A stretch of DNA of 64,000 nt. Origin: a virus. The translations under genes were made by a program, and so were the position numbers. The stretch lies in the IMG/VR virus record IMGVR_UViG_3300047550_001767, positions 1-64,000 of that record; one strand, 5' to 3'. The notes beneath the pieces were generated by a model that had not been told where the DNA came from, did not search any database, and saw only the letters and a program-made list of their open reading frames with translations. Numbering within the stretch: position 1 is the stretch's first letter; every line of letters starts with the position of its first letter. This document shows positions 7,932 to 17,200 of this stretch, piece after piece.

Positions 7932-7938
7932 TATTTAT
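7932..7938 (-). promoter_or_regulatory. T4-like late promoter for the tmRNA
   Basis: ATAAATA immediately upstream of the acceptor piece. Confidence 0.55.
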
Positions 7939-8159
7939 TCGGCATTGCTTACAAACTCATTGAGTTTCTTTGCTTCTAGAATAATATCTTCTGTAGTCGG
8001 TGCTTTGGGCATTGGTGGAAACGGTGCATTAGGATTTACATCCCGTGCAGCATTCCATTGCATTTCCAAATTTGATCTTTCGTAAAAGTATGGCTCAAAG
8101 ATGCTTTCCTTGGCCAGTCTTAATAGATCCAGACGGATCTCGTATGGTGATTTGCTCAT
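7935..8159 (-). CDS. Small phage protein (PYEIRLDLL...A..L..FVS), function unknown
   Basis: 74 aa, strong AGGAGG RBS preceded by a CA-rich leader, TTAAATA at 8206-8200. Confidence 0.8.
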   Translation of the reverse strand: MSKSPYEIRLDLLRLAKESIFEPYFYERSNLEMQWNAARDVNPNAPFPPMPKAPTTEDIILEAKKLNEFVSNAE

Positions 8160-8202
8160 AATTACCTCCTGTGTGTATGTGTGTTTTTATAAGCAAATGT
8201 AT

Positions 8203-9258
8203 TTAATCATTAAAATTCGTTTTTAAAAAATTTAATCTATCACTTGTTTTTATTAATAACGGATCTATATGATTGTTTTTTACAAAGTTGGGTATAAAAT
8301 TTTCATCATATGCCAATTTAATAGCGTGGTTTCTATTATACAAAATTTTATCTCTAATAGTATCTTGCACTTTACCTAAATCTTGTAAGGGAGTACCTAC
8401 AATTCTTTTCATACCTAAGCACATTTGATTATACCTTAACTCAGTATTTTCTGTGCTATCAAAACTATAATCAAATAATTCATCATATAACTCAAACCCT
8501 AAATCTTTAATAAACTTGTTACTACCCGCACAACCTGCTATTAAAAAGGGTTTGCCTAAAAGTAACGGGGCTATAGTTTTTTCTGTGATGAAAATTGCTC
8601 TATCTGTTGTTTCACTTACAAGTTGAAAAAAAGAGTTATAATATGCTAGAGGAAAAAATCCTTGATCTTTTTCTGTAGTAAATCTTTCATCTATTACACT
8701 CAATCTATCATCATAATATTTAAATTGATATGAATCTTCAGGTCTATTATAATAATATTTGTGCCAAGAATATACACTATGCTCTAATAAGTTGTGTTTA
8801 CATACTGTGTCTATTAAAAGCCTTCTATGATTGTGACCTTTATTATTAAAAAAGATAAAGTGATGATCAAAGTTTTTCTGATATAAATCTGCCAAAACTT
8901 GACTACTAGATTTAATACCTCTTTTTTCTAGGTGATAAGGATGAAAAAATTGTTCAAATGCTTCTCTGAAAAAAACTTCTGGCCAATAAATCACTTCAAC
9001 ATTTTTTGGCTTAATTAGTTCTTCAGGATAAAATGTAAACGAACTATGACATCCTACTATTGCATAGATTTTTAAATTTTGTTTATTTGCCGCTCTTATT
9101 ATTTTATCATAGTATCGTATACGAAAATATTCAAACTCAGGATGGCAAAAAAGAATTATGCCATCAAAATTCTCATTGTATATTCTATCTATTTTTTGAT
9201 TATAGGTATGGTCATCTATATAATTAGCCTCCCATACATTCATGTGCCAGAAGTTCAT
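8203..9258 (-). CDS. Glycosyltransferase-like protein (ET...(T/S)EK..P...PF...GF...D.S(Y/F)D family)
   Basis: VSETT..IFITEKTIAPLLLGKPF...GFELYDELFDYSFD; paralogous to three genes in the 21-32 kb region. Confidence 0.55.
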   Translation of the reverse strand: MNFWHMNVWEANYIDDHTYNQKIDRIYNENFDGIILFCHPEFEYFRIRYYDKIIRAANKQNLKIYAIVGCHSSFTFYPEELIKPKNVEVIYWPEVFFREAFEQFFHPYHLEKRGIKSSSQVLADLYQKNFDHHFIFFNNKGHNHRRLLIDTVCKHNLLEHSVYSWHKYYYNRPEDSYQFKYYDDRLSVIDERFTTEKDQGFFPLAYYNSFFQLVSETTDRAIFITEKTIAPLLLGKPFLIAGCAGSNKFIKDLGFELYDELFDYSFDSTENTELRYNQMCLGMKRIVGTPLQDLGKVQDTIRDKILYNRNHAIKLAYDENFIPNFVKNNHIDPLLIKTSDRLNFLKTNFND

Positions 9259-9363
9259 TAATAAAATATACCGTAGGCTACACACCAAACTTCAAGTAAC
9301 AATTTATATGCTACATAACTAGCCAAATAGGCTAAAATTATCTTAAGTATTAACTCTTTTGTA

Positions 9364-10635
9364 TTAATCATAAAATTTAAACAACCTCTCTGTATTTAGA
9401 TATTGATTATTGTTCTTACGGAAAACCCATATAGGTTCAATGAATACACTATTCTTTTCTGCTTCTACAATAGCATGTGGTCTAGCCTGCATACGCATAC
9501 CAATTTTACCTAAGTAATGTGCGTTAGGATAAGTCAATATATCATCAACCATATCGTCACATAGATTTAATCTAGTACCCTTAGCGATTCTTGGCTCAAT
9601 GATGTTAATCATCATAAAAGCATTATCAGTTAGTGTATCCCATACTTTACGATTGACCTTGAAGAAAAAGTCATTCTTCCAACTATCAAATGATGGATAT
9701 CTAACCCAACTCTGTGTACTACTGTTGTTTGCTGCATATCGCTCAGTTTCGTAATAGGGAGGACTTGTAAAGTAGAAGTCAAATGTATTTTCATATTGCT
9801 TCCAGTTTACATCTTCACTAGGCAAATTATAGATAACAACCTTCTTTGTTCCTATACAAACAAAGTGGTCTCCATTGTCTTGTAATACTGCACTATCACA
9901 TCCTAATAGATTTTCGTACTCAAGACATTGATCCTTATATGTCTCATAGACTTCAGGATTAGGATCACAGCCTACATATAGTTTAGTACCATATGTGGCA
10001 TAAAAGCCTGCTAGTCTATCACCCCAACCACAACTTGTATCAAGTATCTTACGTGCGTAGTGCTTTTCGTATAATGCCTTTGCTACGCTTGGTTTAAATT
10101 GCGTAGCAGTATATGTACCAATACGAAATGCGCTACGAAAGGCACTGTCGTCAATATCGCTACTACCTAATGCACCCTCACGCCAAAAATGCCAATTCAT
10201 CTTTGTTAGTTTATCTTTACTATGCCATATATCCCAAGGACTATCAACAAGATTGCTACCGCACTTCATGCGATTAGTTTGTTGAAAGTAATTGCTAACA
10301 CTATTATAGACATGTGACTTGTCTATTACTCCTAATGGTTTATCTTTGTAGGAGTACTTATAGTCTACCTTTTCAAGCACATTGTCAAAATTTCTATATT
10401 CATCTAACATACTTGTTTTGCTAAATTTTTCAAATAAATCTACAAGATCAGCATATGAAATTTTACGTAGTGGAAATGCTATTTTATTTGATGTTATATA
10501 CTCAGCAAGACTTTCCTTTACATCATCAACTTGTTTATCTACAATAAACTTTTTCCATTCATTGTTTGGAACATAGGGTATCCCACGACTGTCGCTGTGA
10601 AATGTAAAGAATTTTATAATGTTTGGATCAACCAT
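9364..10635 (-). CDS. SAM-dependent amino-methyltransferase, probably DNA m6A/m4C
   Basis: Motif I ILDTSCGWGDR, motif IV FTSPPYY. Confidence 0.8.
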   Translation of the reverse strand: MVDPNIIKFFTFHSDSRGIPYVPNNEWKKFIVDKQVDDVKESLAEYITSNKIAFPLRKISYADLVDLFEKFSKTSMLDEYRNFDNVLEKVDYKYSYKDKPLGVIDKSHVYNSVSNYFQQTNRMKCGSNLVDSPWDIWHSKDKLTKMNWHFWREGALGSSDIDDSAFRSAFRIGTYTATQFKPSVAKALYEKHYARKILDTSCGWGDRLAGFYATYGTKLYVGCDPNPEVYETYKDQCLEYENLLGCDSAVLQDNGDHFVCIGTKKVVIYNLPSEDVNWKQYENTFDFYFTSPPYYETERYAANNSSTQSWVRYPSFDSWKNDFFFKVNRKVWDTLTDNAFMMINIIEPRIAKGTRLNLCDDMVDDILTYPNAHYLGKIGMRMQARPHAIVEAEKNSVFIEPIWVFRKNNNQYLNTERLFKFYD

Positions 10636-10641
10636 CTAATG

Positions 10642-10670
10642 ATTATAACAGATGATTTGGATAATGTAAA
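10642..10670 (-). promoter_or_regulatory. sigma70-type promoter, probably giving a leaderless methyltransferase mRNA
   Basis: TTTACA(10670-10665)-17 nt-TATAAT(10647-10642), 6 nt before the ATG, no SD. Confidence 0.75.
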
Positions 10671-10846
10671 GTTTCGCTTCGGCTTGGATTCGAACCTTGT
10701 CCTAGTCTTGTCGATCTGCACTTCCCACAGTACTGACCGAAGCTGTTTTTCTGGTTTATCTCTAGCACCTGCAGAGTGCCTTGATCCTTAAACTAAGCCA
10801 TCGCTATGCGACAAACACTACACCAGAAGGTTGTGCGGCTGTGAGA
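10671..10846 (-). ncRNA. Candidate structured ncRNA, family unassigned
   Basis: Non-coding, relatively GC-rich gap after an exact TATAAATA (10855-10848), with multiple complementary segments and a GGTTCGAATCC T-loop motif. Confidence 0.55.
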
Positions 10847-10859
10847 TTATTTATACTTT

Positions 10860-11234
10860 TTATTCTAAAGGCAGTTCAATAAGTTTATTTTCACGATCCA
10901 AATACTTCATCTCAATCTTGACCGGATGAAAATCACGTAATGCTTCTACTACGTCATATGGGTCAAGATACCCGCAAGTATAAACGTCAAGTTGTACTAG
11001 GGCGGGCTTGTCCTCGTCCCAAATATGTAGTGCGATATGACTGGTTTCAATAATTGCTACAGCAGTAAGACCACGATTGCCTTCTACGTTTAAATACTTA
11101 GCGTATGGGCCCATCATGACCTTCATGCCAATCTTGTCTACAAGTTTGTTCATCCATTCAATAGCAACATTTTCGTCAGTAATGGGCTTGCCGACTTCTG
11201 CACGAATTATAAGATGTTTATGTACTACTGCCAT
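10860..11234 (-). CDS. speD: S-adenosylmethionine decarboxylase proenzyme family (pyruvoyl-dependent)
   Basis: HKHLII, GLTAVAIIETSHIALHIW, QLDVYTCG. Confidence 0.85.
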   Translation of the reverse strand: MAVVHKHLIIRAEVGKPITDENVAIEWMNKLVDKIGMKVMMGPYAKYLNVEGNRGLTAVAIIETSHIALHIWDEDKPALVQLDVYTCGYLDPYDVVEALRDFHPVKIEMKYLDRENKLIELPLE

Positions 11235-11240
11235 ATATCC

Positions 11241-14200
11241 TCACTTGTATTTTTTTCTGTAATATTCTTTTAACCAAGTCCATTCATAAGACTTCTTAAG
11301 TTCTTCAATATCACCCATTACTTGATCGTAGTATTCTACAGCGTCTAGTGCTCCTTGTATACTGTATTCGGAAAATTCCCCTTCTCCTACAGTTAACCAA
11401 GTTGATAATCTATCACTGGCTATGTCGCTGTAATCACTTTTTAGTTTGATGACTTCTCTAAAGGCAGTTCTCCAAGTACTATAAGGATCAGTATTAAATG
11501 TTGCAACACCACTTAGTATATCAACACTTTCATGCGGGTCATCTAGCGTAAAGTCAAGACCCTTACCCGTATTGGCTAATGTTAATTTTTTATTATAGGC
11601 AATTAACGCTTGGTGTCCATATACTAATCCGTTTACAGGATTTTTCGCATTAAAAATATAATGTTTTGGTATTTGTAATCTGTCTGGTTGCCAACCCCAA
11701 TCAAATTTATTATTGACCTTTAACTTAGCAAATACAGTAAATGCCCAAGGTGTTTGACTTGCTTCTAATGCTGCATGATAACCTTGTACACGACCGTCTA
11801 CGCCATCAACACGAACGATACGATTACTAATACCTTTAGTGACGGCTAACAGATGTTCGTAATTTTCGTCTGCGCATAGTTCACCGTTGCTGAGAAATAC
11901 GATGTCTAATGGCTTACTTTTACTTAATCTATTAGCCGTCTTGATATAAGGATAATCATACAACTCGTTCTTAACTATATCTTTTGCTTCTTTAGGAACA
12001 ATAATTCTTGAACAACCCGTACTTGTGATTACTAAATTTTTTGATTCTTTATCCCATAAACTTATTGGTTCGTCAACATAACTTGCAAAATCTTCTGTAG
12101 CAAAAATCATGTAAGGGAAACTAAAGTCAACATTTAAACTTCCAACATGAGTATCATTGTCTACACGCACAACCGGTGCTGATATTCTTTTTGCTTTTAC
12201 AGATGAATTATAAGTTACTTTTGGATACTTGCGTAAATCTTCTAATGAATTTATAATCTCTCTTGTTAGGTTTACATCAATCAAGAAAGTATCGCCAAAT
12301 TTTTGAGTTTCGCTGTAGAACACATGCAGATTATCTCTAGCAAACGGATCACATATATAACTAAAATCAAATTGTCCGTAATCGCAAATACTTGAACAGA
12401 TCCATAAGTAGTGATCTTTTTTAGTTGGTTGATTTTTTACAATAGTTTGTAAAGTTTCCAAATATGTATTATTATACTTTATAACACTTACTGTTTTGCC
12501 ATTACTTTTTAGTGTCAATAAATCTTTTACCTTGTCTGTGTCTTTATTATCATGATCAATTAATACTATATCATACAAATTATTTGTAGCAACTGCTCTA
12601 CGATCCTTGACGAAATTTAGGTTACTTAAATGCTCTATAATTTTAATATATTTTGTATCAATAGCAAATGTTTCACGATTAACTAAAAAGGTTGTGCCCC
12701 AGTGACTCCACTGTGTGCCAAACACATGTACCATTCTTGTTTGATATTGATTTGGATAATAATTAAAATTGAAGTTTGAATAATCTAATTCACTGTTTAG
12801 TATCCAGCATAGTTCTGTATTACTACGATTAATACAACGATTAATTGTATCTACCCAACTATTTAAGAAACGTGTTTTTTGTATATTAGGGAATTTTATT
12901 TTAAGTTTTTCAAAGCGATCTTTTGCTTCAATATTACCTTTGTCTACAAAGAACATATCATTAGGCTTAAAAAGTTTTGCTAGATATTCTTCATCAACAT
13001 TTGTATTTGGTTCAACATAGTTTAGGTCTGTAAATCCTTGACGATATAATGGTGCTGATACAAAGTAAGTCTGTGTTACATCATAGTCAGGACTGCCAAA
13101 TACCTGCACATAACGTGATTGATCAACAGTTGGACGCCAACTAAAATCAAAATTAGTATAATCAATATTTTCACGAACAGCCCAAAATGTTTCTTCGGGA
13201 TGTTCAAGTACTAAATCATCCAACGTTACTGTAATTGTATAAACAGGTACATATTTAATTTCTAAACGTGTAACTTCAGTTGTATTATTTTCCTTGACCT
13301 CAATCATCTCAACGATAGGTTCTTGAGTATTGCTTACATATACTCTAGGTAATTTTACAATTTCTCCCTTATTACCTGGTGCTACGTAGCGAGGACCGTC
13401 ATTCTCATTCTCAGATGTGCCAAATTGATAAATTTTTGGTTCGTATGTTGAATCAGGTAACCAACTAAAATCAAAATCAGAAACATCAACTCCGTCTGGT
13501 ATAATCCAGTTATTCATAGAAGGTTTAGTAGTTGCTCGTATAGCATCTATAAACTTTTTAAAGTTTGCTCCATCTACAGTATATATAGGACCATTACGTT
13601 GTATACCAACCATTACGTCCCATACTGTTGCAAATTCATAGATATAAGGAGGATCAGTATCATCCGGATGCCAACTAAAGTCAAAGTCTTTAATATTTTC
13701 AGGTATAGTCCAGTTATCTTTGTTAGGTAACTTTTTAGCCTTTAGCGTTGTATCATATTTGACATTAACTGCTCCGGCTACAACATAAGATGGGCCTCCC
13801 GTCTTTTGCCACTGAGTACCGAATTGATAAATCATTGGCGGGTCAGTATCGTCTGGATGCCAACTAAAGTCAAAATCTGCTATATCATTAGGTATAACCC
13901 AATTTTTATTACTTGGCAATTTAATTGCACCTTTAATATCAGTTACGTATTTGATTTCAGACGCTTCAGGCACTACATACTTTGGTCCGCCTGTCTTTTG
14001 CCATTGCGTTCCGAACTGATAAATGTAAGGTGGGGACTGTGGATGAGGTACCCAACTAAAATCAAAATTACTAGTATCTAATCCTTCTGGTATTTGCCAA
14101 TTAGACTTATCAACTTTAGTAGTTGCTTTAACATCTTCTACGTATTTGTTAAATACTGCTTCTGGTACAGTATACACCGGACCACCGCGACTATTCCATA

Positions 14201-17200
14201 CAGTGGCAAATTCATAGATATATGGTGGCTCTGTATCATCTGGGTGCCAACTATAATCAAAATCCTTAATGTTATCTGGTATAGTCCAGTTGTCCATACT
14301 AGGGAGTCTTACAGCCTTAACAGCATCTATATATTTGATTTCTATACCACCTTCTACAACATAACGAGGGCCTCCCGTTTTTTGCCATTGTGTACCGAAT
14401 TGATAAATGTACGGAGGGTCAGTATCGTCTGGATGCCAACTGTAATCAAAATCACCAATGTTTTCCGGTATACTATAATTATTCCTGTTAGGTAATTTAA
14501 TAGCACCTTTTACATCTGTTACATATGTAACTTCAGTTGCTCCCGGTACAACATATCTTGGACCACCTGTCTTTTGCCATTGTGTCCCAAATTGATAAAT
14601 GTAGGGAGGGGCTTGAGGATGCGGTACCCAACTAAAGTCAAAATTACTAGTATCAACATCATTGGGAATTTCCCAGTTATTTTTACTTGGTTTTAACGTT
14701 GCAGTTACATCTTCGATATATTTGTTAAACACTGCATCAGGCACAGTATACACCGGACCGCCGCGATTATTCCATTGAGTAGCAAACTCATAAATGTAAG
14801 GTGGTTCTGTATCGTCAGGGTGCCAACTGTAATCAAAATCTTTTATATTTTCAGGTACAGTCCAATTGTCTTTACTTGGCAATCTAGTTGCTTTTACTTT
14901 GTCAACATACTTAATATCGACAGCGCCATCTACGACATACTTTGGTCCACCCGTCTTTTGCCATTGTGTGCCGAACTGATAAATCATTGGTGGGTCAGTA
15001 TCGTCTGGATGCCAACTATAATCAAAGTTTGTAATGTTGTCAGGTATAATCCAATTCTTTTTAGTTGGTAATTTTATTGCACGTAATTGACTTACATAAT
15101 TTACGAATGTTGTGCTAGGATCAACACCGGGCGCTACATATCTTGGCCCGCCTGTTTTTTGATGTTGTGTACCAAATTGATAGACGTAAGGCGGTGCTGT
15201 ATTATCGGGGTGCCAACTAAAATCAAAACTATCAATATCTAACCCATCTGGAATTATCCAATTATCTCCTCGAGGCAGTGCCTTTGCTTTATTATCGCCG
15301 CCAACATAATTAATTTGCTTTGCACCAGGCACTTCAAATCTTATACCACCGTTATCTTGCCATTGTGTACCGAATTCATATATGTATGGAACTTCTGTGC
15401 TATCTGGATGCCAACTAAAGTCAAAGCCTGTGCTGTCAATATATTCAGGTATTACCCAACGCGGATCTTTACTGTTAGGTAAATATGTTGCTTTTTGCCA
15501 GTCAACATATTTAATTTCTGTTGCTCCGGTAACTGTATATGTAGGACCACCTGTCTTTTGCCACTGCGTACCAAATCTATAAACATAAGGCGGTTCTTTA
15601 GGACTTGGCTTCCAACTAAAATTAAACTTAGTTACATCTAAGTTTTTAGGTATAGACCAGTTGCGTCTATCTTGTCCTAATGTCGCTTTTATATGTGAAA
15701 TATATTTTTCATATATTGCACCCTCGACAACATACTTAACGGTTGGCATAATCTCTGCATCATGATACTGGTTTCCAAACAAGTAAATGTATGGAGGATC
15801 AGTATCATCCGGGTGCCAACTAAAATCAAATGATTCTATGTTATAATCATCAATAATTTCAAATTTAGATTTATTTGGTAGTGCTTGAACCTTTTGCTCA
15901 ATATATTGTGCGTGTGTCGCACCCTCAACAACATATTGAGGTCCACCTGTCTTTTGATGTTGTGTGCCTGCTATATAGATATATGGAGGGCTTGTGGGAT
16001 TAGGTACCCAACTATAATCAAACATACTATCATCAATATTTTCAGGTACTATCCAGCGAGGTTTGTTTGGGGCTAGTATTGCTTTAACACTATCAATGTA
16101 TTTGGTATGCATTGCTCCTTCAACAACATATTGTACTGTTGGCATAATTTCTGCTTCATAGAAATTGTTACCAAACTTATATACATATGGAGGGTCACTA
16201 TCATCAGGGTGCCAACTATAATCAAACTGTAGTACTGGCGCATCTATAATTTCAAACTTAGACTTATCTTCTAATTTTCTAACTTTCTTGTTAAGATACT
16301 TAATTTCATCTGCACCTTCAACTACATATTTAGGTCCACCAGTTTTTTGATGTTGTGTTCCTGTAACATAAATGTATGGTGGGTCTTTGGGGTTGGGCAC
16401 CCAACTATAATCAAACATACTATCATCAATGTTTTCTGGTACAAGCCAGCGTGGCTTATTAGGTGCTAATGTCGCTTTGATATCATTAATGTACTTGACA
16501 TACATTGCTCCTTCAACAACATATTGTACTGTTGGCATCATTTCTGCTTCGTGGAAATTATTTCCAAATTGATAAATGTATGGAGGATCGCTGTCGTCAG
16601 GATGCCAACTATAATCAAAATCACTTATTGGGGCATCTGTTATGATTTCAAATTTAGATTTATCTTCTAACTTTATAACTTTTTGTTTAAGGTATTTAAA
16701 TTCAGTAGCACCTTCTACTACAAATTTAGGACCGCCTGTCTTTTGATGCTGCGTACCTGTAACATAAATGTATGGTGGATCCTTTGGATTAGGTACCCAA
16801 CTATAATCAAATGTGCTATCGTCAATACTTTCTGGAATAATCCAGCGTGATTTATCTGATGTAAGTTTAGCCTTGACGTTATTAATATACTTGACGTACA
16901 TTGCACCTTCAACAGTATATTCTAGTGTTGGCATAATCTCTGCATCATACAATGTATTGCCAAACTGATAGATATATGGCGGATCAGTATCGTCTGGATG
17001 CCAACTATAATCAAAATCTTCTATTTCGTACTCAGTCAATTCTGCAAATTTAAGTTTGTTTGGCAGTTTCTTCACAGTCTTTTCTAGGTACTTTATTTGT
17101 GTAGCGCCGTCTACAACGTATCGCGGACCACCTGTCTTTTGATGCTGTGTACCTGCAACATAGATATATGGAGGTTCACTTGGTTTAGGTTTCCAACTAT

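Noticed and set aside
7710-8085. ORFs 7710..7913 (-) and 7849..8085 (+)
   Set aside because: They overlap the tmRNA. MVEMVGFAPTS is the typical antisense translation of a tRNA-like 3' end.
10671-10846. Canonical tRNA, SAM-I riboswitch or HDV-like ribozyme
   Set aside because: The T-stem is only 2 bp and there is no cloverleaf or acceptor stem with CCA. AGGTGCTA resembles SAM-I but the GCAACC and AUC/GAG core is missing. The HDV P1.1 GG is absent. Kept as an unassigned RNA.
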